DNA from: Actinomycetota bacterium
Lineage (GTDB): Bacteria; Actinomycetota; Geothermincolia; Geothermincolales; RBG-13-55-18
Assembly (NCBI GenBank): GCA_034188985.1
Contig: JAXHVT010000033.1
Coordinates: forward strand, 43,190-107,189
DNA length: 64,000 nt
Direction: 5' to 3'
Shown here: piece by piece, positions 27,241 to 36,741 of the stretch
How the letters are laid out: each line of letters begins with the position of its first letter
How positions within the stretch are numbered: the stretch's first letter is position 1
Program-made: the position numbers and the translations under genes
Notes under the pieces: model-generated
Seen by the model: only the letters and a program-made list of their open reading frames with translations
Database searches by the model: none
What the model was told of the DNA's origin: nothing

Positions 27241-27274
27241 CATAGACCTTGAATCCAGACCATAGGCCTTGGAT
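27241..27274. repeat. Imperfect direct repeat CATAGrCCTTGrAT x2 with 20-bp register
   Basis: catagaccttgaat at 27241-27254 and cataggccttggat at 27261-27274. They lie 27-60 nt upstream of the ispH start, in the ispH/ubiA-family divergent region. Confidence 0.4.
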
Positions 27275-27515
27275 CGCACGCCGGTCACCCGGGATGGTGA
27301 ATCCGGCGGAGGTACCGGGCGTTTGCGTGACGCCCTATGCGGTTGATTTCCTCGCCAGGAGCGGTAGATATCATGGCGCCTCGCCGATCGGGGTCTTCGT
27401 GGTACGTTACAGCACCCTTGGACGGAACGCGCCCGTCAGTCCGTTCGGGATATTGATACCCTTGAACATATCTGCTTTACTTTATGCAGAAAACGAGGGT
27501 TAAAAGAAGGGTGAG

Positions 27516-28430
27516 ATGGATCTCAGGGGCCGCCTCGATGTACATCTGCGTAATTACTATATACTTTTCAGGTTGAAAAGCGTCTTCATTTACATCTTTC
27601 CCCTTACGCTGGGCTTCGCGGCCGCCGCCGATGGAGGGGGGACGCTCTCGGGATATAAGATCGCCTTCATGTACCTGGGATTTCTATGCGGATCGATGTT
27701 CTCCAGCACCCTCAACTTCTATGTGGACGCCCCTGCGGACCGCCTTCATAACGACATGTACAAAGATCAGCCCATCTCCAATCAACCGTTCGCTACGGGG
27801 GAGATGGGGAACGTGGAGACGACCCTCCTCTTCCTGTTCACGGGCGCGGGATGTATATTCTTCTCCTTCCTAGTGAACCTGCAATTCGCGTTGTACATGT
27901 TGGGGTCGGTGTTCATCCTCGGCATACTCTATTCACATCCATGGTTCCGGTTTAAGGCCAAGCCGGTTCTGGATATCGCGACCAACGCCGTGGGAGCCTG
28001 CGTGCTGCTGATAACCGGATGGAAGGCCGTGGATCCCGCCACGTGGCCTCCCATATGGCCCCTTGTTTTCGGCTTCCTGTTCTCCGCTATCCTATACATG
28101 CCCAGCATGGCCAACGACGTACCCTTCGACGAGGCCGTGGGTTTCCGCACCTCGGGGGTGGTTTTCGGCGCCAAGAGGATTCTCGACGCCATGATACCCT
28201 TATGCGTTATCCTGGTGCCCGTCGCGGTGACCAATTTCGTGGTCGATCAGAGCTGGCTCTTCAAGCTCTTCATCGCCATGGCGCTGCCGGGGGCCATAGT
28301 GTTCACCATCGGCATGCGCCTGCTTTACCGGCCGCCCCATATAAGGTTCAACACCGCGCTCCTGGTATATCCGCTGGCCGCCCTGCTGCTCTTCTACTTC
28401 GTCTACGGCGTGCATGCGATCATCACCTGA
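27516..28430 (+). CDS. UbiA-family aromatic/isoprenoid prenyltransferase
   Basis: 304 aa with about eight TM helices. Asp-rich motifs are NFYVDAPAD and NDVPFDE. Confidence 0.75.
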   Translation: MDLRGRLDVHLRNYYILFRLKSVFIYIFPLTLGFAAAADGGGTLSGYKIAFMYLGFLCGSMFSSTLNFYVDAPADRLHNDMYKDQPISNQPFATGEMGNVETTLLFLFTGAGCIFFSFLVNLQFALYMLGSVFILGILYSHPWFRFKAKPVLDIATNAVGACVLLITGWKAVDPATWPPIWPLVFGFLFSAILYMPSMANDVPFDEAVGFRTSGVVFGAKRILDAMIPLCVILVPVAVTNFVVDQSWLFKLFIAMALPGAIVFTIGMRLLYRPPHIRFNTALLVYPLAALLLFYFVYGVHAIIT

Positions 28431-28677
28431 AAAGCCGGGCACCTGGGCTTGATAGCCGGCCTTCCCGGACCGCGAGATCGGCTCAAGAGACGTATCCCCG
28501 CCGCATATCCGGCTAGTGCGTATTCGTTTGCGGGCCGAATATAAGGGAAATACAGTCAGGAGATCTTAACCCGTCCATGTCACGAGATGTGCATGTTTGG
28601 GGACTATGCAGGGGTGTAGGCGGCTAGCGTCTTTCCTTAGACCTGGGAATATGGATAATAATGCACCTATAATATTA

Positions 28678-28698
28678 CTTGACAATAGTATTATCAAG
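28678..28698 (+). promoter_or_regulatory. HAIR-like HspR operator
   Basis: CTTGACA-ATAGTAT-TATCAAG, compared with the Streptomyces HAIR consensus CTTGAGT-N7-ACTCAAG. The outer CTTGA/TCAAG arms and the 7-nt spacing are conserved. Confidence 0.6.
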
Positions 28699-28707
28699 AG
28701 TTATATT
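28679..28707 (+). promoter_or_regulatory. Sigma-70-type promoter of the dnaK operon
   Basis: TTGACA (28679-28684), a 17-nt spacer, then TATATT (28702-28707). It lies 70 nt upstream of the dnaK ATG in an AT-rich patch. Confidence 0.6.
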
Positions 28708-28776
28708 TATAACAGACTAAAATAATTTATGTGCGAAGTTACCTGCAAAGATCAAATAAGGAGGAGGATTTTTCAA

Positions 28777-30615
28777 ATGGCTAAGACAGTAGGTATCGAC
28801 TTGGGAACCACCAACTCGGCGGTCTCGGTTCTCGAGGGAAGCGAGCCCGTAATCATCCCCAACAGCGAGGGAGGAAGGACGACGCCTTCGGTGGTGGCCA
28901 TCTCGAAGACCGGGGAATGGCTGGTGGGCCAGGTGGCCAAGCGGCAGGCGGTCACCAACCCGGACAACACCGTTACATCGATCAAGAGGAAAATGGGTAC
29001 CACGGAAAAAGTGAAGCTCGGAGACAAGGATTATTCTCCACCGGAGATCTCCGCCAAGATACTTCAGAAGCTGAAGTCGGACGCGGAGGAGTACCTGGGA
29101 GAGAAGATCACCGATGCGGTAATCACCGTTCCCGCTTATTTCAACGATTCCCAGAGGCAGGCGACCAAGGATGCCGGGAAGATAGCGGGACTCAACGTGC
29201 TCCGGATCATCAACGAGCCGACCGCTGCTTCCCTGGCCTACGGCCTGGAGAAGGACAAGGACGAGACCATACTCGTCTTCGACCTTGGCGGTGGAACCTT
29301 CGACGTGTCCATCCTGGACATAGGGGAAGGCGTATTCGAGGTAAAGTCCACCGCGGGCAATACGAATCTGGGAGGAGACGACTGGGACCAGCGCGTAATC
29401 GACTGGATGGCGGACGATTTCAAGGCCAAGAACGGCGTCGACCTGCGCGATGACAAGATGGCGCTGCAGAGGTTGAAGGAGGCGGCGGAGAAGGCCAAGG
29501 TGGAGCTCTCCACCACCACCTCCACCAACATCAACCTGCCCTTCGTGACCGCCACCCCCGAGGGTCCGCTGCACCTGGACATGAACCTGACCAGGGCCGA
29601 GTTCGAGAAGATGACCGCGGACCTCCTGGAGAAGTGCGTGGGTCCCTTCAAGCGCGCCCTGAAGGATGCCGGACTCGATCCCAAGAAGATCGATCACGTG
29701 ATCATGGTGGGCGGCTCCACGCGCATGCCCATGGTGCAGGACCTGGTGCGCAAGCTCACCGGTGGCAAGGAGCCGCACAAGGGGATCAACCCCGATGAGG
29801 TCGTGGCCATGGGTGCCGCTATCCAGGCCGGCGTGCTCAAGGGCGAGGTCAAGGACGTGCTGCTTCTGGACGTGACGCCGCTATCGCTGGGTATCGAGAC
29901 TCTGGGCGGGGTGTTCACCAAGCTCATCGAGCGGAATACCACTATTCCCACCCGCAGGAGCGAGATATTCACCACCGCGGCGGACGGGCAGACCAGCGTG
30001 GATATCAAGGTATACCAGGGCGAGCGCGAGATGGCCGCCAACAACAAGCTCATCGGCAATTTCCAGCTTGTAGGCATACCGCCCGCCCCGAGGGGAGTGC
30101 CCCAGATCGAGGTGGCCTTCGACATCGACGCCGATGGCATACTGCACGTATCGGCCAAGGATACAGCGACGGGTAACGAGCAGAAGATAACCATCACCGC
30201 CTCCGGAGGTCTCACCGAGGAGGATATCGAGCAGATGGTCAAGGACGCCGAGTCGCACGCCGAGGAGGACCGCCGGCGCCGCGAGGAAGCGGACGTGCGG
30301 AACCGGGCGGACAGCATGGTCTACACCATCGAGAAGTCCCTGGGAGAGATGGGAGATCAGGTGTCACCCGAGGACAAAGGGGCCATCGAGAAGGCCCTGG
30401 AGGACGTCAAGGAGGCGCTGAAGGGCAACGACATCGACGATATCAAGAGGAAGACCGACATACTCGAGCAGGCCTCGTACAAGCTGGCCGAACACATGTA
30501 CGCGGGAGCCACCACCGAGGGGACCGGTATGGGACCTGAGGGAGACGGCAGCTACGGCGCCAGCGAGGAGGCCGAGGGCGAGGTCATCGACGACGCCGAG
30601 TTCGAGGAAATGTAG
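28777..30615 (+). CDS. dnaK: Chaperone DnaK (Hsp70)
   Basis: [14 protein letters not shown]..., [16 protein letters not shown]-type blocks. AAGGAGGAGG lies upstream of the ATG at 28777. The track start at 28729 adds 16 non-homologous residues. Confidence 0.97.
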   Translation: MAKTVGIDLGTTNSAVSVLEGSEPVIIPNSEGGRTTPSVVAISKTGEWLVGQVAKRQAVTNPDNTVTSIKRKMGTTEKVKLGDKDYSPPEISAKILQKLKSDAEEYLGEKITDAVITVPAYFNDSQRQATKDAGKIAGLNVLRIINEPTAASLAYGLEKDKDETILVFDLGGGTFDVSILDIGEGVFEVKSTAGNTNLGGDDWDQRVIDWMADDFKAKNGVDLRDDKMALQRLKEAAEKAKVELSTTTSTNINLPFVTATPEGPLHLDMNLTRAEFEKMTADLLEKCVGPFKRALKDAGLDPKKIDHVIMVGGSTRMPMVQDLVRKLTGGKEPHKGINPDEVVAMGAAIQAGVLKGEVKDVLLLDVTPLSLGIETLGGVFTKLIERNTTIPTRRSEIFTTAADGQTSVDIKVYQGEREMAANNKLIGNFQLVGIPPAPRGVPQIEVAFDIDADGILHVSAKDTATGNEQKITITASGGLTEEDIEQMVKDAESHAEEDRRRREEADVRNRADSMVYTIEKSLGEMGDQVSPEDKGAIEKALEDVKEALKGNDIDDIKRKTDILEQASYKLAEHMYAGATTEGTGMGPEGDGSYGASEEAEGEVIDDAEFEEM

Positions 30616-30626
30616 ATAGAGACGGA

Positions 30627-30651
30627 GAGGGCGCTGCTCGACGGCGCCCTC
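30627..30651 (+). terminator. GC-rich hairpin after dnaK (possible attenuator)
   Basis: GAGGGCGC-tgctcgacg-GCGCCCTC, 12 nt after the dnaK stop. There is no U-tract. Confidence 0.35.
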
Positions 30652-30681
30652 CTTAATAGATAAAGAAGGGAGGAATCGAAG

Positions 30682-31143
30682 ATGGCTATCGTGAGATGGG
30701 ATCCGTTCAGGGACCTTATGGGCCTGCAGGATGATCTGAACCGCCTGTTCAGGCAGGGCTTCTTCCGGGGTTCCGGAGAGGGCTCCAAGCCGGCGGCCGC
30801 GTGGGTACCTTCCATCGACGTCTATGAGCGTGAGGGTAAGCTGGTCGTAGAGGCGGAGCTGCCCGGCATGAGTGCCGAGGATATCGACATATCCATCGAT
30901 GACAGGGTACTGACCGTCAAGGGCGAGCGTACGTTCACCGATGAGGTCAAGGAAGAGCACTATCATCGAATGGAGCGTGCCTATGGCTCCTTCGAGCGCA
31001 GGATAGCGCTGCCACGCGACGTGAACATAGACGATATCCACGCTTCAGTCACCGACGGCGTCTTGGAAGTAGAGATGCCGGAGATGGAGGAAGTCAAGCC
31101 GAAGAAGATCCCCATCAAGGTAGAGGGATCCGAGGAGAAGTAA
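30682..31143 (+). CDS. hsp20: Small heat-shock protein (alpha-crystallin/Hsp20 family)
   Basis: 153 aa: MAIVRWDPF..., PSIDVYERE..., AELPGM..EDIDISI, FERRIALP, GVLEV. Confidence 0.9.
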   Translation: MAIVRWDPFRDLMGLQDDLNRLFRQGFFRGSGEGSKPAAAWVPSIDVYEREGKLVVEAELPGMSAEDIDISIDDRVLTVKGERTFTDEVKEEHYHRMERAYGSFERRIALPRDVNIDDIHASVTDGVLEVEMPEMEEVKPKKIPIKVEGSEEK

Positions 31144-31166
31144 TCTCTTCCCGCGGATGATCTGGC

Positions 31167-31194
31167 GAGGGGCTGGATCGTGGTCCAGCCCCTC
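31167..31194 (+). terminator. Strong 11-bp GC hairpin between hsp20 and grpE
   Basis: GAGGGGCTGGA-tcgtgg-TCCAGCCCCTC, with no U-tract. Possible processing or attenuation site. Confidence 0.35.
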
Positions 31195-31229
31195 TCGATG
31201 GGAAGCGGGATACGGAGAGGTGAAAATAG

Positions 31230-31853
31230 ATGAAGGACAGGAACAGAAAGGACGAAAAGGGAAAAAGTGCACCGGAAGTCGACGCGAGCCGCGACATCGA
31301 GAACGGCGGGGCGCGGTCGACGGGCGATACGTTCAGCGGTGACGCCGCCGGTGAACTGCGCGCAATTACCAGGGAGGATCTGGAGAAAAGGGTGCTGGAG
31401 CAGGAGAAGAAACTGGGTGAAGAGGAGCGAAAAGCCGGCGAGTATCTGGATGACCTGCAGCGCCTCAAGGCCGAGTTCGAGAACTATCGCAAGAGAATGG
31501 TGCGGGAGCAGACCCGGATCATCGATCAGGCCAGTCGTTCCCTGGTCGAGAAGCTGCTGACTGTTATAGACAACCTGGAGATGGCCCTGGAGTCGGCCCG
31601 GGATCGCGACGACAAGCTGGCCGAGGGCGTAAGGATGGTTTACGAGCAGCTGATGAAGACTCTAGAGCAAGAGGGCCTGGAGGAGATAAATCCTCAGGGT
31701 CATCCCTTTGATCCGGAGGAGTGCGAGGCGGTTCTGGCCGTTGTCAGCGACGACCACGAGGACGAGACCGTGGTGGAGGTACATCAGAAGGGCTACAGGT
31801 ACAAGGGTAACCTGCTGCGGCCCGCGCGCGCCACGGTCAGCAAGTGCTCGTGA
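31230..31853 (+). CDS. grpE: Nucleotide exchange factor GrpE
   Basis: 207 aa: YLDDLQRLKAEFENYRKR, GHPFDPEECEAV, GYRYKGNLLRPA. Confidence 0.9.
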   Translation: MKDRNRKDEKGKSAPEVDASRDIENGGARSTGDTFSGDAAGELRAITREDLEKRVLEQEKKLGEEERKAGEYLDDLQRLKAEFENYRKRMVREQTRIIDQASRSLVEKLLTVIDNLEMALESARDRDDKLAEGVRMVYEQLMKTLEQEGLEEINPQGHPFDPEECEAVLAVVSDDHEDETVVEVHQKGYRYKGNLLRPARATVSKCS

Positions 31854-31935
31854 AGCGCGCGTAAACGTGAGGGCGGCGGTATCGGTCCCGGACCGGGGAC
31901 CGTACCCTGGCCCTTATTGAGAGAGGCGAGATAGA

Positions 31936-33075
31936 GTGAACGGTGCAAAGGATTTCTACAAGATACTCGGGGTTGATAAAAAGGCGTCCGAAAAGGATTT
32001 AAAGGACGCCTACCGCAAGCTTGCCCGCAAGTACCATCCCGACGCCAATCCGGACAACAAGGATGCCGAGGAGAAGTTCAAGGAGGTGTCGGAGGCCTAC
32101 GAGGTGCTCTCCGATCCCAAGAAACGTCAGGAGTATGACCAGGGCAAGATGTTCATGGGCGCCGGAGGACCCGGACCGGGTTACGATTTCAGCGGCTTCG
32201 GCTCAGGACCGGGCTCGAGGTCCTATACATATTCGGGCGACCTGGGCGACCTGGGCGACATCTTCAATCTCTTCAGCGGCATGGGCGGCGGTAAAGGCCG
32301 CAAACGGCAGCCCCCCAAGGGCCGGGATCTCAGCACGGATGTCACCATATCGTTCAACGACGCTTTGCAGGGGATCACCGTCCCTCTGACCATAACGGGT
32401 AAGACCGCCTGTCCAACCTGCAAGGGGACGGGAGCCAAGCCCGGCACCCTTCCCAAGACCTGCCCCAACTGCGGCGGCCAGGGTACCGTTTCCCAGAACC
32501 AGGGGCCCTTCGCTTTCTCACGACCCTGTCCCAACTGCGGAGGCAGGGGAACGATTATAGAAGAGCCCTGCCCCACCTGTAAGGGCACCGGATCGGCGGA
32601 ACAGCCCAGAACCGTAAAGGTCAAGATACCGGCCGGAATCAAGGACGGGGGCAAGGTGCGCTTCAGCGGCAGAGGGGAGGCCGGTCCGATCGGAGGCGCC
32701 CCGGGAGACCTGTACGTGAAAGTGCATGTAAAGCCGCATAAGTTTTTTACCAGGAAGAACGGGAACATCCTTCTGGACCTGCCCTTGACATTCCCCGAGG
32801 CCGTCATGGGAACCACGGTGGAGGTACCCACCGTGAACGGTAAGGTGAAGCTGAAGATACCGGCGGGCACCTCAGACGGACGCAAGTTCAGGCTGCGCGG
32901 GAAGGGCGCCCCGAAACCGAAGGGCAAGGGCAAGGGCAAGGGCAAGGGGAAAGAGGATATGATAGTCACCGCCCGCATCGTCGTTCCCAAGAAGCTTTCG
33001 TCCAAGGAGAAGGAGCTCGTCAAGCAGCTCAAGGAACTGGAGAAGGAGGATCCCCGCGCCTTCCTTGAGGCGTAG
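31936..33075 (+). CDS. dnaJ: Co-chaperone DnaJ
   Basis: 379 aa with a GTG start. J-domain DFYKILGV...KYHPDAN, a G/F region and four CxxCxGxG zinc motifs. Confidence 0.95.
   Translation: MNGAKDFYKILGVDKKASEKDLKDAYRKLARKYHPDANPDNKDAEEKFKEVSEAYEVLSDPKKRQEYDQGKMFMGAGGPGPGYDFSGFGSGPGSRSYTYSGDLGDLGDIFNLFSGMGGGKGRKRQPPKGRDLSTDVTISFNDALQGITVPLTITGKTACPTCKGTGAKPGTLPKTCPNCGGQGTVSQNQGPFAFSRPCPNCGGRGTIIEEPCPTCKGTGSAEQPRTVKVKIPAGIKDGGKVRFSGRGEAGPIGGAPGDLYVKVHVKPHKFFTRKNGNILLDLPLTFPEAVMGTTVEVPTVNGKVKLKIPAGTSDGRKFRLRGKGAPKPKGKGKGKGKGKEDMIVTARIVVPKKLSSKEKELVKQLKELEKEDPRAFLEA
32920..32949 (+). repeat. Hexanucleotide repeat (AAGGGC)x4 plus AAGGGG inside dnaJ
   Basis: Encodes [10 protein letters not shown] in the DnaJ C-terminal domain. 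Confidence 0.9.
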
Positions 33076-33085
33076 GTGAGGAATC

Positions 33086-33535
33086 ATGAAAAAGGAAAAG
33101 CCCAGCAGCGAACCGGTATACGTGATAAGCGTGGCCGCCAGGTTGGCGGACGTACACCCTCAGACGCTGCGCATATACGAGCGCAAAGGCTTGATAAACC
33201 CGGCCAGGGTGCATAACCGCCGCAGCTACTCTGAGGCGGACATCGAGAGATGCAGGCTGATCCAGGAGCTTACCCAGGAAATGGGCGTCAACCTGGCCGG
33301 GGTGAAGATGGTGCTTGATATGAGGGAGCGTATGGACGGCATGAGGAAACGCCTGCGTTCCATGGAGGGTGAGATGGAGGTACTGAAACGGGATCTGGAG
33401 GAAAGGGTTAAGAAAGTCAGGGAAAGCTTTCGTAACGATATAGTCCCCGTCCGTCACGGGAAGCTGGTTCTGATGGAGAAGTTCGATCCCTTCAGGAATC
33501 TCAGCATGGTGAAGGGCGAGGAGCGAGAATATTGA
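33086..33535 (+). CDS. hspR: MerR-family heat-shock repressor HspR
   Basis: 149 aa: VYVISVAARLADVHPQTLRIYERKGLINPAR.. Its position directly after dnaJ matches actinobacterial operons. Confidence 0.85.
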   Translation: MKKEKPSSEPVYVISVAARLADVHPQTLRIYERKGLINPARVHNRRSYSEADIERCRLIQELTQEMGVNLAGVKMVLDMRERMDGMRKRLRSMEGEMEVLKRDLEERVKKVRESFRNDIVPVRHGKLVLMEKFDPFRNLSMVKGEEREY

Positions 33536-33606
33536 TTACCACGACCTCCCGGGCGTCCATGGCATGCGTGGACGCGGCGGGGGAAGTGTTAAGGAGGAAA
33601 TGATAT

Positions 33607-36222
33607 ATGGTCAGGTTTGATAGATTCACGGTGAAGGCCCAGGAGGCCATAACCGATGCTCAGAATATTGCCGGTGAGAACCACAACCAGTTCATGGACG
33701 TCGAGCACCTTCTCCTGGCCCTTCTGCGCCAGGAGGGAGGCACCGTTCCATCTTTGCTGGCCAAGCTGGGGGCCGACAGCTCGGCCATGGCCGCCGAGGT
33801 CGAGGCGGGGCTGGAGAGGATCCCCAAGGTCACGGGAGCCGTGGGGCAGGTGCAGGTGGCCCCGCGCCTGAACTCACTGTTCGAGAGCGCTCTGGCCGAG
33901 GCGGACGCGATGAAGGACGAATATATCTCGACCGAGCACCTCTTCCTGGCCATATCGGAGGGGAAGGACGGCGACGCGGCCGAGATACTGAGGGCTCACG
34001 GCATCGACCGGGACCGCGTGCTCAAGGCGCTGACCGAGGTGCGGGGAAGCCAGAGGGTGACCGATCCCGAGGCCGAGGGCCGCTACCAGTCCCTGGAGCG
34101 CTTCGGACGCGATCTCACCGACCTGGCCCGGCGGGGAAAACTGGACCCGGTTATCGGGCGGGATAGCGAGATTCGCCGTCTCATGCAGGTCCTCTCCCGC
34201 CGCACCAAGAACAACCCCGTTCTCATCGGCGAGCCCGGCACGGGCAAGACGGCCATAGTGGAAGGCCTGGCCCAGCGCATCGTGGAGGGGGACGTTCCGG
34301 AGGGCTTGAGAAATAAGCGGGTCGTAGCGCTGGACATAGGCGCCCTGGTGGCCGGGTCGAAGTACCGCGGCGAGTTCGAGGACCGCCTCAAGGCGGTCCT
34401 CAAGGAAATCACCGAGTCGGAGGGCGAGATAATCCTCTTTATCGACGAGATGCACACCCTGGTGGGCGCGGGAGCGGCTGAGGGCGCGGTGGACGCCTCC
34501 AACATGCTCAAGCCGGCCCTGGCGCGAGGGGAGCTGCACGCTATCGGCGCCACCACGCTGGACGAATACCGCAAGTACATCGAGAAGGACGCCGCGCTGG
34601 AGAGGAGATTCCAGCCCATCTACGTAAGCGAGCCCGACGTGGAGGACACCATCGCCATCCTGCGCGGCCTGAAGGAGCGTTACGAGGTACACCACGGGGT
34701 GCGCATCCAGGACTCCGCCCTGGTGGCGGCGGCCGTGCTGTCCGACCGCTACATATCGGACCGCTTCCTCCCGGACAAGGCCATAGATCTGGTCGACGAG
34801 GCGGCCTCCCGCCTGCGCATAGAGATCGACTCCATGCCCATAGAGATCGATGAGGTGGAGAGGCGCATAAAGCAGCTGGAGATAGAGAAGCAGGCCCTGA
34901 AGAAGGAGAAGGACAAGGCCTCCGCTGAGCGGCGGGAGAAGCTGGAATCCGAGCTGGCGGAGCTCAAGGAGAAGTCCTCGGAGATGAAAGCCCACTGGCA
35001 GTCCGAGAAGGAGCGCATAACCGCTATACGCGAGCTCAAGGAGAGGCTGGAACAGATAAAGATCGAGGAGCAGAGAGCGGAACGCGAGGGTGACCTGGAG
35101 AAAGCCGCCCGGCTGCGCTACGGGGAGACCAGCGAGATAGAGGGCCGGCTCGAGGAGGAGAACGATCGCCTGCAGGAACTACAGAAGGATCGTAAGATGC
35201 TCAAGGAGGAGGTCGACGACGAGGATATCGCCGAGGTCGTTTCCTCCTGGACGGGCATACCCGTATCCAAGCTCCTGGAGGGCGAGTTGGAGAAGCTTAT
35301 CCACATGGAGGACAACCTGCGAAAGCGAGTGGTGGGGCAGGAGGAGGCGCTGGAGAAGGTATCCAACGCCATCCGCCGCTCCCGCGCGGGGTTGCAGGAT
35401 CCCGACCGCCCTATCGGTTCCTTCCTGTTCCTGGGACCCACCGGGGTGGGAAAGACCGAGCTGGCACGCGCCCTGGCCGAATTCCTGTTCGATGACGAGA
35501 AAGCCATGGTTCGCCTGGATATGAGCGAGTACATGGAGAGGCATACCGTTTCCCGGCTCATCGGCGCGCCACCGGGCTATATCGGCTACGAGGAGGGCGG
35601 GCAGCTCACCGAAGCGGTCCGGCGCCGGCCCTACAGCGTCATCCTCCTGGACGAGATCGAGAAGGCTCACGGCGACGTCTTCAACATCCTGCTGCAGATT
35701 CTGGACGACGGCCGCTTAACCGACGGGCACGGCCGCACCGTGGATTTCAAGAACACGGTGATCATCATGACCTCCAATATCGGCAGCCATTTCTACCAGG
35801 ATATGGCTGGGCAGGACGGGGACGAGATAAGAGACAGGGTGCTCGAGACGTTAAAGGCCCATTTCCGCCCCGAGTTCATCAACCGCCTGGACGAGATCAT
35901 CGTCTTCAACCCCCTGGGTATGGAGGAGATAAAGAAGATCGTGGATATCCAGATCGACTACCTGCGCCGGAGGCTGGCCGATCGCAAGCTGGATATCCGG
36001 CTGACCGACCGGGCTAAGGAGGTCCTGGCCTCTGAGGGTTTCGACCCCAACTACGGGGCACGGCCGCTCAAGCGGGTCATCCAGAGGGAGATCCAGGACA
36101 GGCTGGCCAGGGAGCTGTTGCGGGGCGATTTCGGCGAGGGGGACCTGGTGGAGGTCGACGTGAACCAAGACGGCGATTTCACCTTCGAAAAGGTGGGGAA
36201 GTCCGCCTACGCGGAGAACTGA
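33607..36222 (+). CDS. clpB: Disaggregase ClpB
   Basis: 871 aa. Clp N-domain, two AAA+ modules ([16 protein letters not shown]) and a long middle coiled coil. Confidence 0.97.
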   Translation: MVRFDRFTVKAQEAITDAQNIAGENHNQFMDVEHLLLALLRQEGGTVPSLLAKLGADSSAMAAEVEAGLERIPKVTGAVGQVQVAPRLNSLFESALAEADAMKDEYISTEHLFLAISEGKDGDAAEILRAHGIDRDRVLKALTEVRGSQRVTDPEAEGRYQSLERFGRDLTDLARRGKLDPVIGRDSEIRRLMQVLSRRTKNNPVLIGEPGTGKTAIVEGLAQRIVEGDVPEGLRNKRVVALDIGALVAGSKYRGEFEDRLKAVLKEITESEGEIILFIDEMHTLVGAGAAEGAVDASNMLKPALARGELHAIGATTLDEYRKYIEKDAALERRFQPIYVSEPDVEDTIAILRGLKERYEVHHGVRIQDSALVAAAVLSDRYISDRFLPDKAIDLVDEAASRLRIEIDSMPIEIDEVERRIKQLEIEKQALKKEKDKASAERREKLESELAELKEKSSEMKAHWQSEKERITAIRELKERLEQIKIEEQRAEREGDLEKAARLRYGETSEIEGRLEEENDRLQELQKDRKMLKEEVDDEDIAEVVSSWTGIPVSKLLEGELEKLIHMEDNLRKRVVGQEEALEKVSNAIRRSRAGLQDPDRPIGSFLFLGPTGVGKTELARALAEFLFDDEKAMVRLDMSEYMERHTVSRLIGAPPGYIGYEEGGQLTEAVRRRPYSVILLDEIEKAHGDVFNILLQILDDGRLTDGHGRTVDFKNTVIIMTSNIGSHFYQDMAGQDGDEIRDRVLETLKAHFRPEFINRLDEIIVFNPLGMEEIKKIVDIQIDYLRRRLADRKLDIRLTDRAKEVLASEGFDPNYGARPLKRVIQREIQDRLARELLRGDFGEGDLVEVDVNQDGDFTFEKVGKSAYAEN

Positions 36223-36241
36223 TATATCGCACGAATACCCA

Positions 36242-36614
36242 CTAACCTTCGACAGCATGCATCGCGTAAGCGACAGCGTCGTCTTCGACGCGAGGCTGCC
36301 CGGCGCCTGGATATTTCCGAATGTCCAGGCCTGGCACGGGTACGTAGGGAATAAATCCGATGGTAGGCTCTTTCTTCTCACAAAGATTTTTTCGTGATCC
36401 TTTCCAGGTTATCGACCCTCTCTTTAATGCTTGGAATCCCGGGAGTTGGGTTTTCGGTCTCCAATCTATACTTGCCGGGTTCGCAAATCGGGGCGAAGGT
36501 GACCAATTGCAGAAACCTGTACCCGTCAAATCTGCTCCTGACCTCTGTTTTGGAGAGCGCGTTAGCATAAGAAACGGGATTCAACGTCCATCTAATGATC
36601 TGCTTGTCCGCCAC
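36242..36614 (-). pseudogene. Small low-GC gene split by a frameshift in an A6 run
   Basis: Track ORFs 36378-36614 (GTG start, ...ERITKKSL*) and 36242-36568 (...NLCEKKEPTIGFIPYV...) join into one reading frame of about 123 aa if one A is removed from the A6 run (T6 on the plus strand, 36387-36392). The span is 373 nt, which is 3n+1. Confidence 0.35.
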
Positions 36615-36741
36615 TTCATTGACGGTAAGTTTTCTTGCATAGGCAGTCCTTGCTTTGCTAGGGGGTCTTGGGCTTATACACCACTACCGGGGACTCTGAC
36701 GGGCCTTCATCCCTACACGCTTACCTCCGATGTTACTATAA

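Noticed and set aside
28717-29778. 353-aa ORF antisense to dnaK. Similar long antisense ORFs exist opposite clpB (33874-34995), ispH (26009-27238), the radical SAM gene (16503-17375), DUF2804 (11324-12127), purM/purN (52093-53887) and others.
   Set aside because: The opposite strand carries unmistakable conserved genes in each case. Long stop-free antisense frames are expected in GC-rich coding DNA, and their translations are low-complexity (R/G/P/H-rich) with no start signals.
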